DNA of 64,000 bases, from positions 105,960,001 through 106,024,000 of the forward strand of contig NC_058368.1 of the NCBI RefSeq assembly GCF_018350175.1, read 5' to 3'. The notes beneath the pieces were generated by a model that had not been told where the DNA came from, did no database searches, and worked only from the letters and a program-made list of their open reading frames with translations. Source of the stretch: Felis catus. Its lineage: Eukaryota. Numbering within the stretch: the stretch's first letter is position 1; the number at the start of each line of letters is the position of its first letter. A program made the translations under genes and the position numbers. Below are positions 1 to 12,798 of the stretch, one piece after another.

Positions 1-400
1 AATTTTTCCCAAGTTTGAAATTATAGAGTAGGGGCAACCAAAGTTTTTTCCTGAAAGCTTTTTATACTAATAAAAAGACATACTCATTTACACTGTACAA
101 AATAAGCAACTTTAATAATAATGAGTATCACTGCTTAAGCACATTCTATTTTGAGGTAGTGGTGAGAATCAATGGAGATAGTGGATACTCAGTACACATA
201 CTTCAGCAATAGAGTTTGAATGATTCATATTTGAAATGTATAGTGTATATTTTTAAAATATAACTTAATTATATAAGTAAGTTATATTCAGGTATATTTA
301 GATAATTTATTCTCCTCCCTTCCTGTTAATTTAAGTAAAATTTAACTAAAATTTACAGTAAATGAACTAAACAGTAGATTATCATTAAAAACCAAAGGAA

Positions 401-496
401 GGGGAGTCTGGATGGTTCATTTGGTTGAGTGTCCAACTCTTGATTTCAGCTCAGGGTGTGATCCCATGGTTGGGATTAGCATGGAGCCTGCTTGGG

Positions 497-541
<45 letters not shown>

Positions 542-644
542 TTCTCTCTTTCTCTCTCCCTCTGCCCTTCTCCCCTTATCCCCTGCTCATGTTCTCTCTT
601 TCTCTCTCTAAAATAAAATATAAAAATTCAATTAAAAATAAATA
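401..644 (+). mobile_element. Can-SINE (SINEC), diverged, internally deleted
   Basis: GGGGAGTCTGGATGGTTCATTTGGTTGAGTGTCCAACT tRNA-derived head, long (CT)n, A-rich tail. Confidence 0.9.
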
Positions 645-742
645 AAAACCAGGGGTAGATGCAATTGATTACTCTGCCCGAGTCAAGTCAGTATCAGTGG
701 TATGCTGATAATAAGTCGTTCTTAAGACTATGTGAGAATTCT

Positions 743-929
743 GGGGGCACTTGGGTGGCTTCGGGTTAATGACTAACTCTTGATTGGGGCTCACTTCACG
801 ATCTCACAGGTTCATGAGTTTGAGCCTTGCACTGTTAGTGCGGAGCCTGCTTGGGATTCTCTCTCTCGGCCCCTCCCCCACATTCTCTCTCTTTCTCTCT
901 CTCTCTTTAGAGATAAGTAAACTTAAAAA
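743..929 (+). mobile_element. Can-SINE (SINEC)
   Basis: GGGGGCACTTGGGTGGCT head, (CT)n, tail; TSD TGTGAGAA(T/G)TCT at 731-742 and 930-941. Confidence 0.92.
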
Positions 930-2159
930 TGTGAGAAGTCTAAATAGTGCTTCACTACTAAGCTGTATCTGGAAGTCAGCTGATTCAATACTTTTCTTAG
1001 GAAAGCAACATAATTCTTAGGAACCTTATTTTTCTATTTTCCCAGGAAAACCATTAGAATATGGAAAATTCCAGCACTTACCATTATGATTTTTTACTCC
1101 TCAACTTCTGGAAAAACTATTTGTGCTCAAAAAATATATTAGAAATATCCTAACTTCTGGGGTGGTCTGTTTTCTTTTTCTGTAAAAACACACACACATA
1201 CACACACACTCAAAACTGTCTAACCTTTAGCGTCAGGAGGGATAATCTACTTTGGGAAATTGGTTATAAAATCCAAAAAGCGCTGGAGTTGAATAGCTGT
1301 GAGATAAATTTTAATCTCACTAGTCAAACCGTGGCTTGTCATTGATGTCATTGGAAGTGATATAGCGTGTACTATGTCCACCACAATAACATGTTCATTG
1401 TTTCTGAATTCCAGTAATTTTTTGAATTATGAAAAAAAGCTTTCCTCTAAAACACTGATTGAGGTGAGGCAGGACAAAGTGAAGTGATTTTGAATCCATT
1501 TTTCTGTGTGATTGGGGACCCAGTTTTACCACTTCTCAGTAAGTGGGTGGTCAGTTGCTCCTTTTTCCCCCCATGAAGTGAACAGTATTTTTAGCTTTTT
1601 GTTCCTCCCTAAAGATGGTTTTAATGTTAAAACAAAACCCAGTGTATGCAGTCACTCTATTCACTGAAATCATTTAGCATATACACCACAGACGTGTATT
1701 TGTCTAATTTTTGAACTGTAGTCTTCTTGGCATTCTTAAATCAGGGGAAAAAATTAACTTTTGAATTAGTTAACAGAAAAACCCATATGAGCACTTTTAA
1801 ATGATAAATCAATATTTGAAACAATTCATAAATATACATTCATTGTAGAAAACTTGAAAAATATGATTAAAAGAAAGAAAAAGTAATTTAAATTTCCTGA
1901 GACCATGGCACACTCTACTAATATTTTGGGATATATCTGTTAGGACTGTTTTTAAGTAAATATGTGTAGGGAGTAGGATAGTTTACTGAAATAATAATTT
2001 GTCTTTTGTTCTTTGGCTGTAGGTAATTTTCCTTTCCATATTCCAAGATAGTGGCCAAGTCTTTTTTCTTACCACAGGAAGTTAATAATGGCTTTTGTGT
2101 GGTAGGGCCAGAAGTAAGAGTTGCCAGACAAAGCAAAATCAGTACCCACTGAGAGCTTT

Positions 2160-2793
2160 TGTTAAAGGTAGATTAAAGGGAGCCATGGGATTGAATTGTC
2201 TAAGGAGAGGAGGACCTTCAGGAACTGGTCAAAGCTGGGGAGGAGAAAACATTTGGAGAACTTTTCCTGGGACCCAGTATGGGGAAAGGCATATGAGACC
2301 TTCTGTATCCTGCTGTTTCCCTGGACCCCAGGGCTGTCAGGGGTTCTGGGAGGCCAGATGGGTAGTGTCCCTGTGAGCCTCGTTCCCAAGTGCGATGCTT
2401 CATCCTGGTACTGATTCCTGGGCTCAAGTTTGGCATCTAACCAGCAAAGCCTCCAACTTTAAGATCACGAACACACCCTCAGTGACCAGTTTGGAACAGA
2501 GAGCAAGAGAAACTGAGAACAGTGGGGCTTTCCCAAATGTCCCAGACTACCTGTACCTCTGGGATTCTTGCATAAGCCTGTACAGAGGAGGAGGGCCCTG
2601 CAAACTTGACTGTAATAAAACTTTACACTGTTCCAGTCGGTGGGAATTTGGGAGGAAATGCTGTTTTCAAGATGCATAGTAACGTGACATGTTAGAGGAA
2701 ATTCTGAGCCACCGCAGGGAAGAGTCCACCTGGATTGCACCCATGGTGATTTGCAGCCTATGCAACTGCAGACATTTAATGGGGTGCCCCAAC
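2160..2793 (+). mobile_element. Possible ancient LTR remnant (family unassigned)
   Basis: GC-richer island in AT-rich DNA, AATAAA near 2614, ends ...CCCCAACA; no family-level recognition. Confidence 0.25.
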
Positions 2794-2887
2794 AGTGACT
2801 GAGATGAAGTTTCCTTCCATCTGGGGACTCAGGGAGTCATTTAAGTTTACTTAAAGAAAATAAAGAAACTGTGCTTTCTTGAAACCT

Positions 2888-3138
2888 AGCACAGTGGTTC
2901 ACAGTGTAAAGTCTAAATTGTTGCAAAGCTTTAAGTCCTCTCTCTGCCAGTTACCAGCAGTGTAACCTTAGCCAGATGACTTAGCTTGGCTTTATCACCA
3001 AATTCCTGGGTTGCTTTATCTATAAGATGAGATCATTACTAGGACCCATGCCATAGGCTTGACATGAGGAATAAATGGGTTAGAAGAGACAGGGTAACGT
3101 TGGGCACATGGTAAGTGCTCAGTAAACATTAGCTGTTG
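2888..3138 (+). mobile_element. MIR SINE
   Basis: MIR core (TTACCAGCAGTGTAACCTTAGCCAGATGACTTA...CTATAAGATGAG) and 3' end GGCACATGGTAAGTGCTCAGTAAACATTAGCT. Confidence 0.8.
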
Positions 3139-4814
3139 GTGTTAACGTTAGTGGTTGCCTGGACTTGTGAGTGCACATTTAGGATTGCTGGGCATATTCT
3201 GCAGCCCACGTCTGCTCCAAAGACTTGTTATCACCTCCTCCCCACCCCCCCACAAAGGAGGTTTATCTGAATTGCTATTTTTGTCCTTGTTTGAGAACTG
3301 TTGGGCTGAGATGAAGCTGACTCTCAGAAGGCATTGTGGCTTCTAGGATCCTTAGTAGAGTGATGCAAGTGAATTACAGAGGATCTCATGAAATGTTTAG
3401 AACCTCCTCAGGGGCTACAGGGTGGTCAGCAGAGGGAGCAGAAAGAAGGGAAAGCACAGGCAGCCTTTTCAGTAGTCACTTACGAGGTGGCTTTCTCTGG
3501 GATTCTTATATTAGAGAGGACTTGTAGAAGGTGAACTCCAAGATCTCCATCTGCACTTAGAATCCCCACAAAACAACTCTTGTTGCAGAGAGAGGGGGAC
3601 CCAGTGACCACCATTTCTCTGAGTCCCGGAGGTCAAGTCACATCTGACATGTGAGGGGCTTGGGCTAACATACAGGGCCGGGAAATGAAGGAGACTGTTC
3701 TGCGTGTGAAGGTGATGATAAATTATAGAAAACTGAGAGTGGTTTCTAAAGAAGTACCATTGTACCACCCCAACGCACCACACACAGCCATTGGAAATTC
3801 ACCTTGGACATTTGGCTGAGCTGTAGTAGCAAGGGTGGTTTCTGATCCAAGGGACAGTGACTGATAGAAGAATTCCTTCTGCTGTTTCACTCTCAGCTAT
3901 GTTGTTCATTGTAGAGTTTGGTATATGAGCATTAACAAGTTCAGGAATTCTTCTTTTATTTCTACTTTGTTAAGAGTTTTGGTTTTGAATGGTATTGTAT
4001 TTTATCAAATGCTGTTCCTCTATTTGCTGGGATAAACATATGATTTTTTTTCTTCTTTATGATAGTGGTGAACTATAGCAATAATATTTTATAATATTAA
4101 ATCCAGCTTGCATTACAGTGATGCAATTTACTTGGTCATGGTCTCTCACATGGTGTACATTGTTGGAATCAATCGGGTGGTATTTTTTTAGAATTTCCTA
4201 CGATTGGCCTATAATTGGCCTATAATGCAATGATTCTAGGATCTTTCTAGTATTTTAGTTCTCTGCAGTATAACTGTGAGAGAAAGATTACCTTTTTCTT
4301 GAATATAAATTAGAATATACCTCTCTGTCTGGTCCTAGTAGGACTTCCTTTTGTTATTACTGAAAGGTTTTTAGCCCGCTACCATTTCTTTAATGGTTAA
4401 AGGCCAATTCCAGTTTTTAAAATATTTTTAGTTAATTTCCTTATGTTAGGATTTTTGGGGAGAATTGATCCTTTTCATTCAAGTTTTAAAATCTTTTCCT
4501 TTGGAGTGGTTCATGGTGTTCTCTTATGGTTTATTTTATTAATGTCTCTTTTCTTTGCATTTAACTTTCTCTGTGCGATGTTTTAGAGCTCTCACCCTAT
4601 CTCTCTTGATCAATCTTGTGAGTGGTTTATTTATTTTATGAATTATTACAGAAGGATTGCTTTTGATTTGTTGTTTTCTACTATTTATTTTTTAAAAACT
4701 CATTAATTTTCTTATAGCTACTGAACATACTTTAGAATTTTCTTTTGGTGAGGGTAATAGCTACCAAAGTTTCTCAGTATTGATTCTCCTGAAAACATCT
4801 TTAATTTCATTCTC

Positions 4815-5027
4815 TTTTTTTAATGTTTTTATTTTATTTTTGAGACAGAGAGAGACAGAGTATGAGCAGGGGAGGGGCAGAGACAGAGGGAGACACAGAA
4901 TCTGAAGCAGGTTCCAGGCTCTGAGCTGTCAGCCCAGAGCCCGACGCGGGGCTCGATCTCACGGACCATGAGATCATGACCTGAGCCAAAGTCGGATGCT
5001 TAACCAACTGAGCCACTCACGCGCCCC
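4815..5027 (-). mobile_element. Can-SINE (SINEC_Fc)
   Basis: Reverse-complement consensus ending GCGCCCC; TSD TCTTTAATTTC(A/C)TTCT. Confidence 0.96.
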
Positions 5028-5269
5028 TCTTTAATTTCCTTCTTAAGAAATATTGGCTACTTTTATAATTCTGGGTTGACACCTATGTTCTGTGTTTCAG
5101 CTGTTCATTCACCATTTGTTCATTTAGAAGTAATATGGTTTATGGTTTTTGTCTTTTGTTTTTCTTTCTGGTGGTTCTTAAGAGTTTCTCTTTTTCTTTG
5201 GTGTTTGAAGTTTCATTATGGTAAGTCTGGATGTTGATTTAATTTATCCTGGTTGGGATTTGTTAAGTG

Positions 5270-5427
5270 TTTTTAAAAAAAGCTTATTTATTTACTTTTG
5301 AGAGAGAATCCAAAGAGGCTCACAGTTCTCAGCACAGAGCCATTGTGGGGCTCAAACTCAAAAACTGCAAGATCATGACCTGAGCTGAAGTCGGACGCTT
5401 AACTGACTAAACTACTGAGGTGCCACC
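5270..5427 (-). mobile_element. Can-SINE with (CT)n region largely deleted
   Basis: GAGAGAGAATCC...CAGCACAGAGCC...GATCATGACCTGAGCTGAAGTCGGACGCTTAACTGACT. Confidence 0.88.
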
Positions 5428-7344
5428 TAGGTATTTTGAATGAGAGCGTTGATGTCTTTCATCAGTTCTGATACGTCTCAAATATTATTATCTTCAACTT
5501 TTACTGGCCAATTGTCTTTTTTTTCCATATGAAACTGTGTCTTAACATGTCAGACTTCTTACTGTATCTTCAATGTCTCTTATTTTCTCTTTTGTATTTT
5601 CTCTTTGGCCCCTTTATGATACATTCTGGTTAGCCAGATCTATCTTCCATTTAACGAATTATCTTTTGACATAGGTGTAAACCGATATTAAACACTTACA
5701 TTTATAAGTTTAATCATTACAATTTTCATTTCTAGAAATCTTATTCTTAAAAATCTGCTTGGTTATTTTTTATAGTTTCTTGATACCTGCATTTTCATTA
5801 ATGTCTTTTATGGCTTCAAGCATGATGTATATAATGTTTTCAGAATCTGTGTCCTGTATTTTTAGTTTCTGAAATTCCTGTATTTCTGACCCTTCTCTTG
5901 GTTGTTTTTGCTTATTCTTCTTCCTCGGGGAGCTTTGTTTCTTTGTGTAATTAGTTATTTTTCCTATGATTTGCTCATTTTTATTGTCAGTGTATTTTGA
6001 GGGCTTGATCCGAGTGACTCCTCCAGATAGGGCTGTGTTTGCTTCGGCTAAGCAAGTAGGAACATGACACTTCCTGGATCACTCTGAGTCATATTTATGA
6101 ATTGGGTAATTTTGGTCTGCCTTGGTAAAATGGGTGCAAATGGAAGAAGGCTACCTTCTAGTCCCATATTTTCAGCAATAACTCCCCACCCCCATTTCTC
6201 AGGTCTAAGTAGAGAGTTTGTTTCTATTCACTTCTGAGTGGTTTACAACTTGAGAGAACAAGTATTATAAGTAGTGGAACTCTCCTCTTAGATTCCCCTT
6301 TTTGCCTAGGCTTTGAAGCTTATCTCTTATTTCTGCCTATCATAAGGCCACAAAAACCCAGGTTTGGGCAGCATCTGGGAATAGTTCACTCTTCTGCCAG
6401 CTCATCTGTGCTTTTATGAAGATTTAAAAATCTTTTTTTTTTCAAGCTAAGACTTTAAGTTGATTTCAGTGAAGGGGTGATCCCAGTACTTAAGCAACCT
6501 ATGTCAGCAGAATCCGAACAGTGTTGGGTATTTATCTTAATGTGTATAAGAAATCACACAACTAGCATATCACGTTTGTGATTTTACTATATTTTACCTG
6601 ATAAAATATTGTAATATTTTTTAATATAAGGAGTGGATTTAAAATCGATTGAGAAGTGGTAGGTAGATCAGGCATAAATCATGAATACAGTTATCACATG
6701 ACTTCTGTATCGACACATCTCAAGAGTAGGGTTGCAGTGAAGGTGAGAGAAGACTCAGAGACCACTGAGGTATGCTGGACAAAGTTTACAAAGTCAAAGG
6801 ATACAGAGAATGAAGCCAGAACAATCACAAGTAGGAGCAGAAAGATAAGCCAGATTTCTTAGGTCTCATAATTATACAAGCTTCTTTCTAGACCTCACAG
6901 TCTTCATCCAGGGGTCATACAGTTTTGGGTGATAACATGTGTCATTGAAGGTGACACCAGAGCGCCTAGAAGCTCAGCAGCCTTCCAGGTCTGCCTTAAA
7001 TATGGATGACTCGAGCCACTTATAGGTAGGCTAGTGTGGGTCTGGGCTGGATTCCCCCTCATCCTGAGATGCCAGGTGCACCTCATCACTGTCAGTGCTG
7101 TAGAATATACAGTATGACTACAGAACACATGTTAGCACAGGACACTCAGGCCAGGAACACAGCCCCCATTTATCACCTTCTCCCCACCCCAGGCTGGCCA
7201 AATCTGGTTCAAAGATGTTTCTGAACTCAGTACTATGGCATGAAAACAAAGATCAGTTGCTCAGAATTCTCTGGCCCCAGAGTCCTTACGTGAATAACTG
7301 AAGTTTGGAAACACAGGTCTAGTGGAAATAGAGTTTGTCAGGAA

Positions 7345-7845
7345 TTATAGATATCAGGAAAGATCTCAGATGGAAAAGATATCACATTCAAATTAGCCTA
7401 ACTTGAGGAGAGTTTATTTATACAAGGGACTAATTACAAAGGCGTGTGTGTGGTGGTGGGGTGGAGGGAGACACAAGACACAGCACAGAAACCTGGAGTT
7501 AGTGGAAGCAAGGTTTCATCACCCATAGAGCTGAATGGACAATGGGAAGAAGATATTACTAAAACTCTAAAGAAGAGAATGTCTCATATAGCAGCCACCT
7601 GCAGTGGCAAAGTGACCTTCTGTCAAGTGACACAGGCTGCCAGGGCAAATTAACAGGCTGGGAATCAGGAAAACAGATACTCTGTCCTGAATTCCCTCTC
7701 GCTCTCAGCTTCCTGCCGGCCAAACCAAACTGGAAGCCAGAGGACTTGGGAGCCTATTGACGTAATCCATGCTAGGTAGTGAGCAAGGTGGAGAAGGAAA
7801 GAGAGTCAATTCGGAGAAGGAATTAAGTGAAAGATTTCTGGAATA
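7345..7845 (-). mobile_element. ERVL solo LTR (LTR41/LTR33-like)
   Basis: CACATTCAAATTAG...GAGGAGAGTTTATTT...AAGGGACTAATTACAAAGG and GGCCAAACCAAACTGGAAGCCAGAGG...GGGAGCCTATTGA...TCCAT motifs resemble recalled ERVL LTR consensus. Confidence 0.65.
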
Positions 7846-8443
7846 TCAGAAGAACTGATCCATAGTTCATGCTTAGTCAATAACTGCATCAATTTGTAAA
7901 CCAACTGAAATCTCTAATACTTTACATGTGTAATCATGAGGAAAATTGCTACACTCTTCTTTCAACAAGAATTTACTTAGCGTGCCAATTACACTGATTT
8001 TCTTCACAATTTGTAGTTCATTCTTTCTAATTTCACCTACTTTATTCTCTTTGGATGTTATTCTGATTATAGGTCTTTCAAAACTTTTCCAAAATATTCT
8101 AGTTTTCCAGGATCTCTGCCACTGGCCTATTTTTTCCTCCTCAAAATTTTTGAACTGCCTTGGATAAAACCCATGTGGATGGAGTATTTATTGATATTGG
8201 GTCATGCTAACTCATTTATCACTTCTGTCTTACTGACTCTGAATTCAGTGCGGTGAGTTTGTAGCCAGCTCAGAGGAATGCTTGATAGGGCTTTTGCCCT
8301 TTTTAAGAATCATATTGGTAATGATTGTATGGTCTCCTTTATTAATGTAAATAATTCACTCAGGTGTATAGATGAATAATATAACTTTGATGGACTTTGT
8401 AAGTTTTATTTGGTAATGGGATTCTTAAAACTTCGACCGTTTG

Positions 8444-8661
8444 GGGGCGCCTGGGTGGCGCAGTCGGTTAAGCGTCCGACTTCAGCCAGGTCACTATCTC
8501 GCGGTCCGTGAGTTCGAGCCCCACATCAGGCTCTGGGCTGATGGCTCAGAGCCTGGAGCCTGTTTCCGATTCTGTGTCTCCCTCTCTCTCTGCCCCTCCC
8601 CCGCTCATGCTCTGTCTCTCTCTGTCCCAAAAATAAATAAAAAAAAAAAAAAGTTGGAAAG
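8444..8661 (+). mobile_element. Young Can-SINE (SINEC_Fc)
   Basis: Near-consensus, CpG-rich; TSD AAAACTT(C/A)GACCGTTTG at 8427-8443 and 8662-8678. Confidence 0.98.
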
Positions 8662-9134
8662 AAAACTTAGACCGTTTGAATATAGACTACGTTGGTGTCT
8701 GATGAGGAAATAGTAGTTTAAATCAAGTGGCACCAATATGTCATATTGTGGTGAGGACCACATAAAGAAGAGGCACAAGGGACTTAATATTTTTTGATTA
8801 CTTACCATAGGCCAGTTGATGTGTTAGGTATTTTGCACATGGAATTTAATTGAGCCACATAAACATTACAAGTCCAATGATTTGTACTGACTGACACATA
8901 TTTTAAGCTTCCATAAAAATGTTATTGCATAGCATTTTTAACATCTTTACAACCAACATAGAGTATTTGAGGTAGGAGTCTCTCTACCCATGGAAGCCCA
9001 GGAGTCTACTAGTATTTGATCAAAAGGTCCATATGTCATGGATACTTAAAGATGGCCAGTCCGTGGGTGGTTGTTGTGGCCCCTCCGTTGCTCTCTCTTC
9101 TTTGCTGGGTGGTTCTTCCAACTCATCACCACAC

Positions 9135-9658
9135 TACCGCTCATGTTCTTTTGAAACACTCAGTCTAGCCATCTCACTTCTTTACTTAAAACTTTAATTT
9201 CAGTAACTGTAATAGCACTTAAATGAGAATCTAAATCCTCAACTCATATGAGGCTCTGAATGACCTGACTTTTTACTTCTCTAGCTTCATTTCACATCAT
9301 CTCCCCTACTTACACTACCATTGCCTGGACCATTCTTATCAATGTTCTTACCTGAAAAGTTCCTGTTTTTCTTTCAAGTTTCAGATTAAATGTCACTTTT
9401 CAAGGAAGTACCACTTGCCCTTCCCCTTCAGTAAGGTTCCTTGGTATTCTTTCTAATAGGTTCTCTCATTCTTCCATCAGATTCCTTCCTGAACCTTGTA
9501 AGTATATATTTATTTCTTTGATTGTTTCCCTAATGTCTGCCTTTCCCGTTAGACTGTATGTTCCATGAGGTCTCTTTTGTTCACAGTGGTATCGCTGTAC
9601 GTGGCACAAGGCCTAATAGCTAACTCCACCTGTGCCAAATGAGAAAATAAATGACTGA
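9135..9658 (+). mobile_element. L2 3' end
   Basis: CAGATTAAATGTCACTTT...TAGACTGTATGTTCCATGAGG...TTTTGTTCAC...AATAAATGA typical of the L2 3' terminus. Confidence 0.75.
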
Positions 9659-10284
9659 AGCTGACCCCCTGTCCTTGAGATATTTTGTGTTAGAGGCACT
9701 GATGTGAGGAAATACTACCACTATAGTGTGGTGAGTGCTGTTCTGGCAGAGAATACACATGATAGCACACACAGAGCAGGTCAGGAGTATCCTACATACA
9801 GGTTCAAGCCTTTGGTCCCTTTGGGAAAAGAATGACACCTTTCTTTTGAGAAAATACCATATTGAATACGTGACAATTCAACTGTAATAAGGAACTGAAT
9901 GGTAGAGGTACTCAGAGGTGAGGAAGACACCTTCAAAGCTTTCCAGGCATTTGCATCAATACATTATCAAGGACTAAATAAGTATAAAGATGAACAAAAT
10001 GAAATGCATAATGTAATTAGGATCAAAAGAGAAGTATACATTAAACTGTGTGGATGGTAACGGGCCTGATCACGCTAGGGGAAATTTTTGTTGGAAGAGC
10101 CCTTTGAAGTTGACCTTGAAGCTACAGCAGGACCTAGGTAGGTGGGGTCAGGCAGTGGAATGTAAACAGAGAGATACATCCTACAAAGAGGAAACTAGGT
10201 AAGAAAAGATAAACAGGACACTATGGGTGTGGTTTGAGGAAGTGAATTGTCTTGATTCCACTTGGAATATTGTTGTTTAGGGTC

Positions 10285-10944
10285 TTCGGTAAGCAGAATT
10301 CTTAAAACCTCTTCCTTCCCCCCACTCCCACCTCAAGATTCCATTTTCTAATTCTTGGAACCTACGAACGTGATGAGATAGAACAATTATGAATAAATTA
10401 CTTTACATGGAAAAAAGAGTCTTTCTGATGTTGTTAAAGTGATAATCTTAAAGTGTTGATAATCTTAAAGAGATTATCCTGGATTATCCTGGTGGATCCA
10501 GTGTGAGCGTATGAGCCCTTAAAAGCAGAGCTCCTTCCCAGGTTGGTGAAAGCAGAAGTCACCTTCAAAACACAAGAAGGATCTAGTGCATCATTGCTGG
10601 CTTTGAAGTAGGAGAGGCTACCAGCCCAGGAATGTGGGCAGCCTCTAGAAACTCTGGTTCAAGGAAACAGGACCTTAATTATACAACTGCATGAGACTGA
10701 ATTCTGCCAACAGTCTGAAGGCTCCTGGGAGGGGGATTTTCTCCAAAAGCCTCCAGATAAGTGATGGGTGGGCTGACACCTTCACTTTGATCTTGTGAGA
10801 CCCAGAGGTTGCTCTGGCAAGCAATCCCTATCTGAGCATTCTGGGATTTCTGGCCTACAGGACTGTGAGATAATGAATAGGTGTTGTTTCAATCTGCTAA
10901 ATTTGTGGTAACTTGTGGTGATGCATTAACAGAAAATTAATACA
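10285..10944 (+). mobile_element. MaLR solo LTR (MLT1E/D-like)
   Basis: GAGATTATCCTGGATTATC, TTGCTGGCTTTGAAG, AGGAATGTGGGCAGCCTCTAGAA, CTGAATTCTGCCAAC, ACTGTGAGATAAT, terminal AATACA. Confidence 0.9.
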
Positions 10945-12274
10945 AGGGCAACTGTGGATGGCTTTAAATACCAGACCGAGAGGTGTATATATTGATTGGG
11001 GAGCAGTTAGGAAACATCAGGCTCCTGTCGCTCTAGGTCTCCAACTCTGGCTAAGATAAGAGTAAGTACAATCAACCATCTGAAAAAAACAAGTTACTTC
11101 TCCCTCCCCTCTTGTTTGCTTAGTTGTGAGCATGGACAAAAATGGTAGTCAAGGCACCAAAGAAAATCTCTTTGCCTCTCCCATAAAGTAATTATGTAGT
11201 TTTTTTCTCCCCCCCTCTTTGAGGCGAAGTTACGTCATCTATGAAGGTGTGTGAGGCTTATGCCTCAGTGTCACATTTCTATCCTAAAAGAATGTCTAAG
11301 AGCAGTGAAAAACAAAGGGGGGGCTTAGAGGGCATTGCTTGACTCATTTCATTCTAGGTTTAGGGAATACTGTCTTCTCCTTCAAGAAAAATGTAAATCA
11401 AAGCATGACTTTGGGACAAATACCAGGGTCAGGGGCCTTGCGGACTTTATCTTCCCAGGGGCCTTCAGTAGCTGTCACCAGCAAGCTGGATTTCCAGGAG
11501 TTTGTCTCGTTCTACCCTTCTTTTCAAATATGGACCATATCTCTTTCTCTTGGTTCCATTAACATAGTTTATACAGGCTGGATTCCCAAAATGACCAGGG
11601 GAAAAATGAAAAATACACAGAAGTGTAAGCAGTAGAGCCATGCGGTCATGCAAAGCCCACAGCTGTGAGTTGTTCACTAGAGTGCTCCATTTTGCATCCT
11701 GTCTGGAGACTATTGTGAGCACCTATGGTTTTTAGGATATCCAGGCCCAGGTCCCTGTGATGGCCTGCTATCCCGATGCCTGCCACTTGGGCATGGTTCT
11801 ATCAACATGTTAGTATAAACATTGTCTTCTAAACAAATTAATCTTAATGAACAAAGATTTCATTGTTTCCTTTTCTGATTAAAAGAGCACCATTTTTTAA
11901 TTGTGTAATGGTTGAAAATATATTAAATAATAAGGAAGAGAATTTTAAATCCCAGAAGCTTATCACCTAGTTACTTTACAAATGGACATATTTTTTTTTA
12001 ACATGGGATATTGCTCTTCAGACATTAGCTTTCTGCTCTTAATTATAGATTAGATAGCTTGACCTTTCTTCCATCATCAAGACTCAGAGTAATAGAGTAA
12101 TAGAGTAAGTTCTGCCTCTGATGAGATTTTCATTCTTATTAGTGATGTCTAGCCTCCTGTTCCTTAACACAGAGGTGTGGTTTTGTTGTTAAGAACCTTA
12201 AAGCAGAGGATGCAAGCATGTTTAATTTAGCCAGCATGATAATTATGACAGTTTAACTTAAATACTCATAAGTA

Positions 12275-12464
12275 GAGGGTGCCTGGGTGGCTCAGTTGGT
12301 TGAGCATCAGACTCTTGATTTGGGCTCAGGTCATGATCCCAGAATCATGGGATCAAATCTCACATCTGGCTCTGTGCAGAGCATGGAACCTGGGTAAGAT
12401 TCTCTCTCTCTCCCTCTTTACGTCTCCCCCACTCATGTGTTCTCTGTCTAAAATATTTTATTGA
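12275..12464 (+). mobile_element. Can-SINE (older subfamily)
   Basis: Head GGGTGCCTGGGTGGCTCAG; TSD TTAAATACTC(A/C)TAAGTA. Confidence 0.94.
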
Positions 12465-12574
12465 TTAAATACTCCTAAGTATAAGTATGTACTGCCAAAT
12501 TCACACATTTGTTTTACCCACCGAGCTCCTGTGGGCGTTTGAAATTGTGACCATCATGTTCAGAAGATAATTGT

Positions 12575-12798
12575 GGGACGCCTGGGTGGTGCAGTCAGTT
12601 AGGCATCTGACTTCAGCTCTTGTCATGATTTCATGGTTTGTGGGGTCAAGCCCCACGTTGGGCTCTGTGCTGACAGCTCAGAGCCTGGAGCCTGCTTCAG
12701 ATTCTGTGTCTTCATCTCTCTCTCTACCCCTGCCCCACTCATACTCTGGCTTTCTCTCTCTGAAAAATGAATAAACATTTAAAAAAATTATTAAAAAA
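12575..12798 (+). mobile_element. Can-SINE (SINEC_Fc)
   Basis: Full length; TSD AGAAGATAATTGT. Confidence 0.96.

Larger units (their letters stand above)
3890..6350 (-). mobile_element. Ancient L1 (L1M) fragments, interrupted by two SINEs
   Basis: T-rich strand with antisense ORF2-like motifs (TTTATTTCTACTTTGTTAAGAGTTTT...GAATGG...TTTATCAAATGCT), followed by ORF1/5'-like decayed sequence. Confidence 0.6.

Noticed and set aside
12086..12108. Small tandem duplications: (AGAGTAAT)x3, also ATTGGCCTATA x2 at about 4203 and AATAATTAATAAACCAAA x2 at about 53127
   Set aside because: Ordinary slippage duplications with no sign of function.
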